Below the pieces are notes generated by a model. The model was not told the DNA's origin. It was given only the letters and a program-made list of their open reading frames with translations, and ran no database searches. Positions 31,329 to 44,069 of a stretch of DNA of 64,000 nt are shown piece after piece. The first letter of the stretch is position 1. Every line of letters starts with the position of its first letter. The stretch comes from an uncultured cyanobacterium (GTDB lineage: Bacteria > Cyanobacteriota > Cyanobacteriia > Cyanobacteriales > Cyanobacteriaceae). The DNA is taken from NCBI GenBank assembly GCA_963710605.1, contig CAVQBA010000004.1, forward strand, positions 1,248,001 to 1,312,000. Direction: 5' to 3'. Position numbers and translations under genes: made by a program.

Positions 31329-32237
31329 ATGAAACCTGAAACAGAACAATTACTCGGTACATTAGAAATTCTTGGTAGTTATAATGATTTCCTCTGGGAA
31401 ACAGAAAAACAAGGAGAATTTAACCCTTGGAATTTAATGAAATCTCAAGGATTTGTCAAGCAAACAGATTTAGAATTAGTATTTGAACATTGGCAAAATA
31501 TCGAAAACTGGGGTACTCCCACCGACCAAAAAAGCGATGGCTATGAATATGCACCATCTCGCACTCATGATGAATATAACGATCGAAATGATGAAGATTG
31601 GAATGATGAGATAGCCCAACAACGTCAACAATACTATCAGCAATTACAAAAGATATGCCAAGAAAATCTAGAAATTATCGAAGCATATTCTTTAGAAGTT
31701 ACTAACTCTGAATGGGAATGGGAGCGCCCCTATTTTTATGTTTCAATCATTGTTGGTAAAACTACTAACCATAATTGGATTTGTTTAGCACCAATCGTCG
31801 AAGATTTATGCCTTTACGATCGAAATACAAGTAGTTACGATCAATCTTCAGATAACATTCAAGATGATACATTGTCTAATATAGAATCAATTGTCGATCG
31901 TCTTACACCAATTACTCTTTATGATTATTGGTATGGTGGCTACAATCAAACTCATCAGCATCAAATAGTTACAGGAAGAGGGGAAACAAAAGAAGAAGCA
32001 ATTTCGATCGCTTTACAAAATTCGGGTATGCTAACTTGGCAATTGACTCAAATAGAATATGCAGATGATTATAATCACAGTCAAAGATTGAGTCAATTTA
32101 TGAATCAATGCTTAGAAAATAGAACTCAGATAAAAGTTAGTTTTTGGGATATTGGTTACAGTTATGAGGTAGGTTGCACACCTGCTAATGATTGGATTGG
32201 GATTTATTCTTATGCAGAATTTGAGTATAATCCTTAA
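31329..32237 (+). CDS. Acidic protein with probable tandem NuiA-like domains (paralogue)
   Basis: Shares MKPETEQ start, W/YxGGY core and FxYNP end with the previous gene; YQQLQKICQENL..IIVGKTTNHNWIC and YEVGCTPANDWIGI. Confidence 0.55.
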   Translation: MKPETEQLLGTLEILGSYNDFLWETEKQGEFNPWNLMKSQGFVKQTDLELVFEHWQNIENWGTPTDQKSDGYEYAPSRTHDEYNDRNDEDWNDEIAQQRQQYYQQLQKICQENLEIIEAYSLEVTNSEWEWERPYFYVSIIVGKTTNHNWICLAPIVEDLCLYDRNTSSYDQSSDNIQDDTLSNIESIVDRLTPITLYDYWYGGYNQTHQHQIVTGRGETKEEAISIALQNSGMLTWQLTQIEYADDYNHSQRLSQFMNQCLENRTQIKVSFWDIGYSYEVGCTPANDWIGIYSYAEFEYNP

Positions 32238-32336
32238 CTTTAATGTTTGATAGCGATCGACAATTATCTAAAAACAACAAATACAATGTCTGTGTTTTAA
32301 TTCTTCGCAAATAAATAGATTATTCTTATTGAAATT

Positions 32337-35300
32337 ATGATGGAACAACTTATACCCATTAACAATCAAGACTTACAAACTTTTATTACTAATCCTGAAT
32401 CTTTGAAAATTCAAGATCCAGATGTACAAATTGCGATCGCTACTTACCCACAAACCCCCGTAGAGTTATTAGCAATCTTAGTAAATAGTGAATTACCTGA
32501 AGTAGTTGAAGCCGTTCAATTACACGTTAATTATGCAGGAGAATTAAATCAAAATGGGTATGAGGTTGCCGAAGAAAAAATCAACTCTCGTAATTTGGGG
32601 CAAAACGACAAGTTGGCAGTAGAGTTACTCAAAATTGCTCCTGTACCAGATTATTTTTTGAGTAAATGGGTACCGGCAGATCGTCTGATTGAGGGGTTAA
32701 GCAATTCTTATTTACCTTTACGTCATAAAATATCTTTTTTAAGTAGATTAGCTCAAGATGAATCTTTAGAAGCTCGTTTACAAGTAGCAGAAGCGAAACA
32801 AACACCGATCGCTATCTTACAAAATTTGATAGGCAATTTAGAATTACCAATTCGTTTGGCAGTCGAACATCATCCTAATTGTCCGCCACAACTAGTTTCT
32901 TTAGTTAAAGGGCAACAAGAAATAGCCAGTGATTGGAATACGGATAAAGAGCAGTTGGAAAGTTTAAGTAACAGTAACTGGGATTGGATAAGACTCGCAG
33001 TGGCACAAAATCCCACTACTAGTGAAGAAACCTTATTAAAGTTAGCAGGAAATAAACTATATAAGATTCAATTAGCTGTAGCGAAAAATCCCAATACACC
33101 CGCAAGTATCTTAAAAGTATTAGCCCAAAATTCAAATCATGTACAAGTTGAGGTAGTTAGACATCCTAATGCAACTGAAGAGATTTTACATAGTCTGTTT
33201 GAAACTCAGCAAAGCGTGATCAAAAATCGTGAAAATTTACCCGCAAGTATTTTAGAAAGAATCTTTGATAACAGAGATAAAAATACTCCTGCTTGGAAAG
33301 ATCATAATTTTAGATATTATTTTCGGAAACAACCAAATACACCTACTTGGATTCTAGGCGAATTAGCTGATATTGATATTGAACAATTAACGGCAGAAAG
33401 ATTAGAGTTAGAAGGGAAAAATAACCGTAATACGGGTATTCACAAAAAATGGGTTAGTGATGATATAGAGTTTTTAGCTAATGTTGCTGAGCATTCTCAA
33501 GTATCAACAGAAATATTGGAAAAAATTATTGAGTATCCTAACCAAAATGCAAAGTTAGCCGTTGCTCAAAATAATAAAATTTCCCCACAATTAAAATTAA
33601 AGTTATTCAGGGATTTTATTAATGATAATTGGGATTATGAGTGTCAACAAAGAATTGTCAAAATAGCAGAGAATCCTGATACACCTGTAATCATTTTAGA
33701 AGAATTAATCAATAAAATCTCACCAACTAGAGCAAAACTAGTACAAAAACTGACCAATTTTACAACTGCAATTTCTGAGATTTCATCTTCTTTATTAGAT
33801 AAACTTAGCAATTTTATCGATCGTTATCAATCTCCAGAACAAATATTATCTGGACTTAGAAAAAATGAAAAATTGAGAAAAACGATCTTACAAGATTGGA
33901 CTCAATTAACCAATTCTTTAAACGAAGTTGAAACACAACATCTGATGGGAATAGCTCAGATAACATTTTTAGGAATTGGGATGAGTGGTAGTGGAATTCC
34001 AAGACAAGATCGAGGTTGGATTGATTATGGTTTAAATCAAAAGCAAATTAATAGAAGTGATTTTTTAAGCAATTTACCAGCAAATTATACTCTTTTTGGC
34101 GTAATTTCGTTGTTAGACAGAGACGATTATAGAGATCGTAGTTTTATAGAGATTATTGCGGCATTATTAAGAAATCCATCTACACCAATTAAGGCACATA
34201 GTCTTTTTTGGCAAAAACCACGACAAAAATTTGATTACAATAGTTTCGATCGCTATTCTCCACAAGCATCTTATTTACTTGCACTTGCACTAAATCCTGC
34301 TGTACCAGAAAATGAAAGAAAAGAATATTTAGAACAATTAGTTGATTGTGGTCATGGTAATGAAACGATCGCTAAAAACCCACATACTCCTGTTGAAATT
34401 TTAGCAAAAATGGTCAGCAAGAAATTAGTTCAACTATCTCTAGTTGCCAAAAATCCTAACTGCCCTGATTATCTTCTTAGACAAATTGTCGAACAAACAC
34501 AAAACACTAGTGGATACAATTATATTTTCCAAGAGGTAGCTCAAAATCCTAATGCTTCTATGGCTTTGTTGAAAGAATTAGTTTTAGCCAACATAGTAGG
34601 TGAAGATGTGTTAAAAAATCCGTGTCTTAATCTTCAATCTACTTATGAAATTCAACTAATAATTAATCAAAAAAAAGAAACTAAAGAAGCAAATAAAATA
34701 TTAGTAGAAAGAATCGATCGTGCTTATGCTTTAGCTAGAGTATTAGAAACAGGCGATCAATATACCAAAATTTTTGTTGCCAGTAATAATAAAACACCCA
34801 TAGAAGCATTAGAAAAATTAGCTCAAGATGAAGATAAAGGTGTTCGCCAAGCAGTAGCACAAAACCCTAATCTTTCTCCAAAAATAATTACCCAACTAGC
34901 TCAAGACAAAGATAGTTCTGTTCACTTAGGTTTAGTAAAATCAAGAAACAATCTATCAGTAGAAATATTACAAAAACTAGTCCAAACTGGAAATGAATGG
35001 ATACGCAAAGAAATAGCTCAAAATAACAATACTCCTGTCGTTATCCTCAAACAATTAGTTAGCGACAAAAAAAGACAAGTAGAAGTACTTACAAATCCAG
35101 CTACACCAAGAGATATTTTAGCGGAATATATACCCCAAATCAGTGACGAAAACCAGATAGAATCAATTCTTAGAGGTAGTAATAGTACTCAAAAGAAAAA
35201 TCCGAATATGCCAAGTGAAATACTCGAAAAACTATCTCATCATTCTAATAAAACTATTCGCCATTTTGTCGCACTTTACCCAACAATATCTAGCACTACT

Positions 35301-36344
35301 TTAAAACGTTTGGCTTTTGATAGTGATGACTTAGTTAGACAAACTGTGGTTGATAATCCTAATACATCTGCTGATATCTTACTAGAGATGGCAAAAGCAC
35401 TAGAAAACAATATTACTACTAGTATTGGTTCAGCTCATAGCGTCGCTTATAAAATAGCAGGGAGAAAAGAAACACCAGCACAAGGGTTAGATTATCTTGT
35501 CAAAATGCCAGTCTCGATGGTTCGTGCTACGGCGGTAAATAACGATAATATTTCGCTTGAAACCTTAGATTGGTTAGTTGATAATGAAACTCAGGAAAGT
35601 ATTTTAAGTTCGATCGCTCAAAAGCAGAAAATAAAACCTCAAACACAAGAAAAACTAGCTTCTCATCCATCAAATCAAGTTCGCTTAAATTTAGCAATGA
35701 ATCCTAATGCAACAGAAGACACTTTAAGCATTATTTATCTAACCATGATGACGGCACAAACCAACATCGGAATACAAATAGCAGTTGCATCTCATCCGAA
35801 TACACCAGTCAGTTTTTTAGAAAATTTATCAGAAGCTAACGATAAAATGATTCGTGCTGGTGTTGCCAGTAATCCTAATCTACCTCAGTATCTAATCGAA
35901 AAATTAGCAAAAGATGAATTAGTAGAAGTACATCGTGCTTTGAGCAAAAATAAAAATACACCAGAATTGATTAGAAATAGTTTTCAAGAGTTATCATCAG
36001 TAAGCCAACAAACTAACCAGAATAACCAGAAGACACAATCTTTAAGTCCTACTCTAAGAGGATTAAGTCGTATTTATAACCCCAAAACTGATGATTTACC
36101 AACCATATTATTAGAATATAGTAATTCCGATGTTGCTTTTGTCAGATTTATTTCTTTATTACATCCATTGACACCAGTAGAAATATTAGAAAATGGAGCA
36201 AATTCGGTTTCTTGGATAGAGCGTTATGCAGTAGCAGATAATCCAAATACACCAACACAAATCAAACAAAAACTGACACAAGATAGTAACCAAATTGTAC
36301 GATCGATTGCCAAAAATAATAAGGAGGAATTAAATTATTCTTAA
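32337..36344 (+). CDS. LRV/HEAT repeat protein, 1335 aa (paralogue of 27287..30130)
   Basis: Same repeats; highly similar N-terminal ~260 aa and C-terminal ~90 aa. Confidence 0.88.
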   Translation: MMEQLIPINNQDLQTFITNPESLKIQDPDVQIAIATYPQTPVELLAILVNSELPEVVEAVQLHVNYAGELNQNGYEVAEEKINSRNLGQNDKLAVELLKIAPVPDYFLSKWVPADRLIEGLSNSYLPLRHKISFLSRLAQDESLEARLQVAEAKQTPIAILQNLIGNLELPIRLAVEHHPNCPPQLVSLVKGQQEIASDWNTDKEQLESLSNSNWDWIRLAVAQNPTTSEETLLKLAGNKLYKIQLAVAKNPNTPASILKVLAQNSNHVQVEVVRHPNATEEILHSLFETQQSVIKNRENLPASILERIFDNRDKNTPAWKDHNFRYYFRKQPNTPTWILGELADIDIEQLTAERLELEGKNNRNTGIHKKWVSDDIEFLANVAEHSQVSTEILEKIIEYPNQNAKLAVAQNNKISPQLKLKLFRDFINDNWDYECQQRIVKIAENPDTPVIILEELINKISPTRAKLVQKLTNFTTAISEISSSLLDKLSNFIDRYQSPEQILSGLRKNEKLRKTILQDWTQLTNSLNEVETQHLMGIAQITFLGIGMSGSGIPRQDRGWIDYGLNQKQINRSDFLSNLPANYTLFGVISLLDRDDYRDRSFIEIIAALLRNPSTPIKAHSLFWQKPRQKFDYNSFDRYSPQASYLLALALNPAVPENERKEYLEQLVDCGHGNETIAKNPHTPVEILAKMVSKKLVQLSLVAKNPNCPDYLLRQIVEQTQNTSGYNYIFQEVAQNPNASMALLKELVLANIVGEDVLKNPCLNLQSTYEIQLIINQKKETKEANKILVERIDRAYALARVLETGDQYTKIFVASNNKTPIEALEKLAQDEDKGVRQAVAQNPNLSPKIITQLAQDKDSSVHLGLVKSRNNLSVEILQKLVQTGNEWIRKEIAQNNNTPVVILKQLVSDKKRQVEVLTNPATPRDILAEYIPQISDENQIESILRGSNSTQKKNPNMPSEILEKLSHHSNKTIRHFVALYPTISSTTLKRLAFDSDDLVRQTVVDNPNTSADILLEMAKALENNITTSIGSAHSVAYKIAGRKETPAQGLDYLVKMPVSMVRATAVNNDNISLETLDWLVDNETQESILSSIAQKQKIKPQTQEKLASHPSNQVRLNLAMNPNATEDTLSIIYLTMMTAQTNIGIQIAVASHPNTPVSFLENLSEANDKMIRAGVASNPNLPQYLIEKLAKDELVEVHRALSKNKNTPELIRNSFQELSSVSQQTNQNNQKTQSLSPTLRGLSRIYNPKTDDLPTILLEYSNSDVAFVRFISLLHPLTPVEILENGANSVSWIERYAVADNPNTPTQIKQKLTQDSNQIVRSIAKNNKEELNYS

Positions 36345-36519
36345 TATTTCAAGCAGTAATTACCATTTATCAATCCAATTTTAAGTTCATGCCTATGAGC
36401 GTTTTCTATCAGCCTTAAATGACCCAATTCAAAGTAAGCAACACACACAACCAATTAAGATTATTCAATCGTCTGCTCACCCGATAACGAAGAAAAAAAA
36501 GATTGTCAATTCTTAATAA

Positions 36520-37610
36520 CTACTTATGTTTTGGTCTTCTCGGAGAGTTAATTGGACCTAAAATACTATTTAATATTCTTAATTGCTCTGCTGTACCCAT
36601 ACAAATTAAGGAATCACCAGCTTCTAGCAGACTATTACCTGTAGGGCCGGCTATTAAAGTTCCGTCAAAACGACGAATAGCAACGACTAACGCTCCTGAT
36701 TTTGATCTTAAATCTGTTTCCATCAAAGTTTGCCCCAAACAAGGACAAGTTTCTTGAGCTAATAAATATTCTTCGAGATAAAATGATTTTTCGCCTCCAC
36801 TAAGAATACCATCAACAAAATCCATTACCTGTGGGCGTAATGCCGCCGCCGCTAGTCTTTTACCACCTGTAATGTAAGGAGAAACTACTACATCTGCACC
36901 CGCTCTTTCTAATTTTTTGACGGCTTCTTCTGTACTAGCACGAGCAATAGCTCTAATTTTCGGATTTAAAGCTTTAGCAGAAATAACAGTATAAAGATTG
37001 TCAGCATCTGAACTAATTGCTGTAACAATACAAATAGCAGTTTCAATTTTAGCTAAAGAAAGATATTCATCTAAAGTAGCATCTCCTTGAATAACCAGAT
37101 AACCAAGTTGTTGTGCTTTTTCTATTTCTTCTATATCTGAGTCGATAATTATAAAAGGAATGGTTTCAGCGGCAAATTCACTAGCTACATAAGAGCCTGT
37201 TCTACCAAAACCACAAATTATATAATGATTTATTAGTTTATCAATCACGTTTCTTTTTTGTCTCAAACGAATGCCTTCTTGAAAATAACCTTGTAATAGT
37301 GCTTCTGTAAAACGATTGACTAAATAACCAATGGTAATCAAACCCATTAAAATTAAGACAATCGTAAAAAGTCGAGAACGTTCAGAAAGAGGATGTATTT
37401 CGCCAAAACCAACACTAGAAAGAGTTATCATTGTCATGTAAGCTGAATCTAGTAATGACCATTTTTCGATCAACCAAAACCAAAAAGTACCTGACAGAAA
37501 AATACCAAATAAGACGACACTACCTGCTCTAAGTTCTCTTTTTAGACGATAATAATTTTGCTCTGAGTTCGATCGACTCGCTTTGACATTTCGGGAGTAT
37601 ATTGTGCCAA
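36520..37610 (-). CDS. Potassium channel protein with TrkA-N/TrkA-C (RCK) domains
   Basis: Pore ITLSSVGFGE and Rossmann ICGFGRTG. The frame stays open upstream of 37473 through the first TM helix, so the start is uncertain. Confidence 0.88.
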
Positions 37611-37952
37611 TCCTCTTAACTGTTGATCACTAACTGATTTGATTATAGATGACTTTTAGTTATTATTTCTTTTCGTTATTTGAATTATTTATAGATATTT
37701 AATTTTAATTTTAGGTTTTTTTAGAACCAATTAACTAAGAATTAGGCAATTTTTAATAGTTAAAGTATAAACTAGTAAGAATACAGCTAAAAGATCTATT
37801 GAACGCACCACACAACTTGATTAAATAATCTCGAACTATCAATTCTCATTATGGATTAGTGATCATTTTTCGCTTTGTCTGAGTTGATAATGATTACTTA
37901 GATAGAGTAGAATACAATAATTATTTAGTAAATTTAAATTGTCAATTCATAT

Positions 37953-38645
37953 TTGATGAAGACGCAAAAGCTAAGCGATATATTTTCTTTGTTTCGTAAT
38001 ATTAATATTGACATTTTAGAAAGATTTTTATCGATCGCTAACCTTGAAGAATACCAAGCACAAACAGTATTGATAGATGAAGAAAGTTGGGGTTCAAACG
38101 TTTACTTTATAGTTTCAGGATGGATAAAAAGAGAAACTATTGAGCCTGAGAACAAATATACTTTAGAAATAATGGGTAAAGGTAGTTTTATTGGTGAAGA
38201 AGGTATCCTAACTAATAACACTCTTAATAGTCAGATTGTTACTATTTCTGATGTCCAACTTTTAATTATTCCTGCTCAGCAATTTTTACAATTTTTATAT
38301 CAATATACTCAAATATTAAATCGGTTTTTAAGTATTACAATTAATCGGGTAAAAGAATATCAAAAATATTGTCAATTTTATCGTCAACCAATCAAAGTTA
38401 GATTAGCTACAATTTTAATTGATTTAGCTCAAAAATATGGTGAAGAAACAGACGAAGGTATTTTAGTTTATAATTTTTTAGAGCAAGATTTAGCTGATTT
38501 AGCTCAATTATCGATCGCCGAATGTCGGCAAATTTTATCTGGGTTACAACAAAAAAATTTACTCATAATTGAGTCTGATAGTGATAGTCTTTATTTTCCC
38601 AATTTAAAATTATTACATCATACGATCGGTAAGCTCGGTCAATAA
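37953..38645 (+). CDS. Crp/Fnr family transcriptional regulator
   Basis: VYFIVSGWIK, GSFIGE, RLATILIDLA, C-terminal HTH QDLADLA. Confidence 0.85.
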   Translation: MMKTQKLSDIFSLFRNINIDILERFLSIANLEEYQAQTVLIDEESWGSNVYFIVSGWIKRETIEPENKYTLEIMGKGSFIGEEGILTNNTLNSQIVTISDVQLLIIPAQQFLQFLYQYTQILNRFLSITINRVKEYQKYCQFYRQPIKVRLATILIDLAQKYGEETDEGILVYNFLEQDLADLAQLSIAECRQILSGLQQKNLLIIESDSDSLYFPNLKLLHHTIGKLGQ

Positions 38646-38739
38646 TAAAATTAATAATTAATAATTAATAATTAATTATTAACAATTATTTAAATAAGTA
38701 ATTAAGCGTTTGTCCTTAGAACTTTTATCGATCACATTT

Positions 38740-39381
38740 ATGAAATCAACAAAATATTATGTAGTTTGGAAAGGTAGAAAAACGGGAATATTTACAACTT
38801 GGGCAGAATGTAAGCAACAGGTTGATAAATTTGCTGACGCTAAATATAAATCTTTTAAAACTAAAGCGCAAGCCCAAAGTGCTTTTAATTCATCGCCACC
38901 TAATTACTACTCCAGCAAATCTAAATCTAAAGCCAATAAATCTGTAACTATAACCACACCGAGTAATGGGCAGATTATAGAGCAAAGTATCTCAGTTGAT
39001 GCTTCATGTTTAGGTAATCCCGGAATTATGGAATATCAAGGAGTAGAAACAATGACTAAAAAAATTTTATTTCGTCATGGCCCGATGAATAATGGAACTA
39101 ATAACATAGGAGAATTTTTAGCTCTAGTTGATGGTTTAGCCTATCTTCAGGATCATAATCAGCTTACAATGCCGATTTATTCAGATTCTAAAATAGCGAT
39201 CGGTTGGGTCAGAAAAAAACAACCCAAAACTACCTTAAAACCAAATTATCAAAACCAAGAAATATTTACTCGTCTAGAAAATGCGATCGATTGGCTAAAA
39301 AACAACTCTTATACTAATCCTATTTTAAAATGGGAAACACGATCGTGGGGAGAAATTCCCGCCGACTTTGGCAGAAAATAA
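38740..39381 (+). CDS. rnhA: Ribonuclease HI with N-terminal viroplasmin-like hybrid-binding domain
   Basis: YYVVWKGRKTGIFTTWAEC; SVDAS, TNNIGEFLA, IYSDS, WGEIPADFGRK. Confidence 0.9.
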   Translation: MKSTKYYVVWKGRKTGIFTTWAECKQQVDKFADAKYKSFKTKAQAQSAFNSSPPNYYSSKSKSKANKSVTITTPSNGQIIEQSISVDASCLGNPGIMEYQGVETMTKKILFRHGPMNNGTNNIGEFLALVDGLAYLQDHNQLTMPIYSDSKIAIGWVRKKQPKTTLKPNYQNQEIFTRLENAIDWLKNNSYTNPILKWETRSWGEIPADFGRK

Positions 39382-39579
39382 CAGATAACAGTGAACAATG
39401 AACAATGAACAATGAACAGTTAAAAGCTATAAGCTAAAACCTAAAAGCTAAAACTCAAAACTTAAAACCTAAAACCTAACTCTTAACTGTGAAATTGATC
39501 CCAGACCATGATAATCTTGATAGTGGCAAATCTTATTATAAATTAATAATTAAGTCAATAAATTAAAAGTATAAATTAG

Positions 39580-41028
<1,449 letters not shown>

Positions 41029-41279
41029 TTCGAAGAATGGAGAATGGAGAATTAACTAAAAAATAAAGGGTGATTACGCTCTGTCAAGTGTTTGGCATTC
41101 TGGATTTTAATGATAGTTCAAGCTATTTTTAAAATTACCTTTGTTCTTTATTCTTGAATTGACAGTTCATTTGGAGATAGGGGGTAGGTTGAGATTGCTT
41201 AATTTCTTTACCTATTCGCTATTTCTTCCTTTTTTTAACTATAAATAAAATTTAGATTATTAATTAATACATTAAAATT

Positions 41280-41675
41280 ATGGCTTTAACAGTAAGGGTA
41301 ATTACTCCCGATAATATAGTCTGGGATGATACTGCCCAAGAAGTAATTTTACCTAGTAGTACAGGGCAATTAGGTATTTTAAGCGATCACGCTCCTTTAC
41401 TAACTAGTTTAGATATTGGCGTTTTGAGAGTGCGTACTGATAAAGATTGGAAATCGATCGCCGTTATGGGTGGTTTTGCTGAAGTTGATAACAATGAAGT
41501 TAAAGTATTAGTTAATACTGCTGAATTAGGCGACAGCATCGACAAAGAAGAAGCGACTTCTGCTTTAACCGCCGCTGAAAATGCTTTAACCTCTGCTGGT
41601 GATGACTCTCGTGAAAAAACAAAAGCATCTCAGAATATTAAAAGAGCAAGAGCAAGATTACAAGCCGCTGGTTAG
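41280..41675 (+). CDS. atpC: F0F1 ATP synthase subunit epsilon
   Basis: [24 protein letters not shown]; follows the beta gene. Confidence 0.97.
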   Translation: MALTVRVITPDNIVWDDTAQEVILPSSTGQLGILSDHAPLLTSLDIGVLRVRTDKDWKSIAVMGGFAEVDNNEVKVLVNTAELGDSIDKEEATSALTAAENALTSAGDDSREKTKASQNIKRARARLQAAG

Positions 41676-41704
41676 TCTGCGTCTATTTTCTGATGACATT
41701 TATT

Positions 41705-41745
41705 AAAAGCGATCGATTAGTTATAATTAACATCGATCGTTTTTT
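41705..41745 (+). terminator. Probable intrinsic terminator of the atpD-atpC operon
   Basis: AAAAGCGATCGAT..ATCGATCGTTTTTT stem with T-run, 30 bp after the stop. Confidence 0.6.
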
Positions 41746-42803
41746 ATTGAAAAGATATAATAAATAGGTTTATTTTTTGTTTCTAATTCTGTTAAAATAA
41801 CTTATTTTTTTTACTTTACGATCGTTTTTTTACTCTTGATAATTATTCTAAACTATGTCTTTAAATTAACTCTCTTCACACAGTAATATTTAACTTTATT
41901 ATTCTAAATTATTTTTTATATATTTGGTTTTTGTTTGATAGTAAATACTACATTATCAACCCTCTTTAATATTAATTATCGTTGTAAAGAATATAATAAT
42001 ACCTCACATTTTTTTGTGATGGAAAGGGCTATTTTCTTCTTCCTTTGAATGAAACAGCCCTGCCTTACTAAAGGGGACTTGAAAACAATTATGAGACACT
42101 TTGCTATATCTAAATTTAAGTTTAATTTATTAAACGAACAGGATATTAGCCTTGCACGATAGTTCAAGGCGGGTTTAATACTTTGTTTTTGTTATTATTA
42201 TTGTCTAAATCGAAAAAGGAAAAAGGAAGTAAAGCAGATAATTAATTTTGCGTACCGACTTATTGCATCTATCTAATGAAAAAAATCGATTAATGAGTAA
42301 AGAATAAAGGATAAGAACAGAAAATCAAGAATATTAAAGCGTTAATTATCATCTAGTCAATTATCTAACTATACACAATGATGACCGAACCATTTTTTAT
42401 ACGGTTGACGCTAATCCATAATAGTGTGATTCGTAGTGAGCTATCATTTACAATAGAAATTAATAATTAAATTATAAATATTTTTTTGATAAAGATAACT
42501 TTTTATCTAGTTCAATAATGATGATTAAAATCGATCGAAGATAGTTAATTTTAGAGCTAATTGTTTTCGTGTTATTAGAAAGCAAAGATCATTTGATTGG
42601 TGCTTCTAACCATAGGAAGATGTTAATTGTCGGTTTTTTCTCTTTAATAGTTTATATAATAATAAATTTTTTTCAATTTATGAATATTAATTTGCTTAGT
42701 TAATATTCACTGCAACGTTCGACTTAAACTGATAATTAATTATCAATCAATAGTAAACGTTATTAAATTATTTTGCAATTTTATCAATCGGAGATTTATT
42801 TGT

Positions 42804-43919
42804 ATGAATGGCAATATCAGAGTAGGTAATCTATTTGGGATACCGTTTTATGTCAATCCTTCATGGTTTATAGTTTTAGGGTTAATGACTCTAAGTTTTG
42901 GTACAGATTTAGCAATTCAAACCTCCCTTTCAGGTGCTTATCCTTGGATTTTGGGTTTAGCTACTTCTTTATTACTTTTTGGTTCGGTATTAGCCCACGA
43001 ATTAGGACATAGTTTTGTCGCTATTTCCCAAGGCATTGAAGTAAAATCGATCACTTTATTCATTTTTGGTGGTTTAGCGGCGTTAGGAAAAGAATCAGAA
43101 ACCCCTGAGCAATCTTTTCTAGTTGCGATCGCAGGACCACTGGTAAGCTTGATCTTGTTTGCTATTTTAACAGTAGTACTCAACACATCTTCTTTACCTT
43201 TATTCTTGAATATTATTGTTTCTTTACTCGCATATATCAACCTTGTTTTAGCTTTATTCAATATGATTCCTGGCTTACCCCTTGATGGTGGTAATGTCTT
43301 AAAAGCGATCGTTTGGAAAGCAACAGGTAATCCTCAAAAAGGTGTAATTTGGGCAGGAAGAGTTGGACAGTTTTTTGGTTGGACAGCAATTTCGATCGGT
43401 ATTTTAGGTACATTACAAGTACTTCCTTATGGAAGTTTCTGGACAGTATTTATCGGTTGGTTTTTACTCAAAAATGCAGGCACAGCGGCTCAATCAGCCA
43501 GTTTTGAAGACAAGTTGAAAAAATATTCGGCTAGTGATGCTGTTTCAATTGAAAGCCCAGTTATCAAAGAAAATTTAACTTTGCGTCAATTTGTTAACGA
43601 ATATGTTATTGGTAAACAGTCTTGGCAGAAATTTTTAGCTACCACAGAAGAAGGTAATTTAGTTGGTGTATTACACGTTAAAGATTTACCCTCAGTACCC
43701 ACTTCTAAATGGAATGAAGTTTGTGTAGCTGATTTGATGAAATCGACTGAAGATGTCAAAACTGTCAATGATACAGTACCATTATTAGACGTAATCAAAT
43801 TACTTGAAAAACAAACAGAATTGGAGCTAACTGTAATTAAAGAAGACGGAGAAGTACTCGGACTAATAGAAAAACAAGGTATAATAAAATTTCTAGAATC
43901 TAATCTGACTACCGCTTAG
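42804..43919 (+). CDS. Site-2 protease (M50) with CBS domains
   Basis: HELGH, AGPLVS, FNMIPGLPLDGG. Confidence 0.92.
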   Translation: MNGNIRVGNLFGIPFYVNPSWFIVLGLMTLSFGTDLAIQTSLSGAYPWILGLATSLLLFGSVLAHELGHSFVAISQGIEVKSITLFIFGGLAALGKESETPEQSFLVAIAGPLVSLILFAILTVVLNTSSLPLFLNIIVSLLAYINLVLALFNMIPGLPLDGGNVLKAIVWKATGNPQKGVIWAGRVGQFFGWTAISIGILGTLQVLPYGSFWTVFIGWFLLKNAGTAAQSASFEDKLKKYSASDAVSIESPVIKENLTLRQFVNEYVIGKQSWQKFLATTEEGNLVGVLHVKDLPSVPTSKWNEVCVADLMKSTEDVKTVNDTVPLLDVIKLLEKQTELELTVIKEDGEVLGLIEKQGIIKFLESNLTTA

Positions 43920-44069
43920 CCTATAGTTAATTATCTGCTGTTGTTATCAATAAACAAGCATAAAAACTAAAGGCGTAAAACAAAACAGTCTAAACTTGAT
44001 TAAATACTAAAGATTTCTTTGTTATTTCATATTCTGAAAATATAATTTAACTCAAGTATCAATAATATA

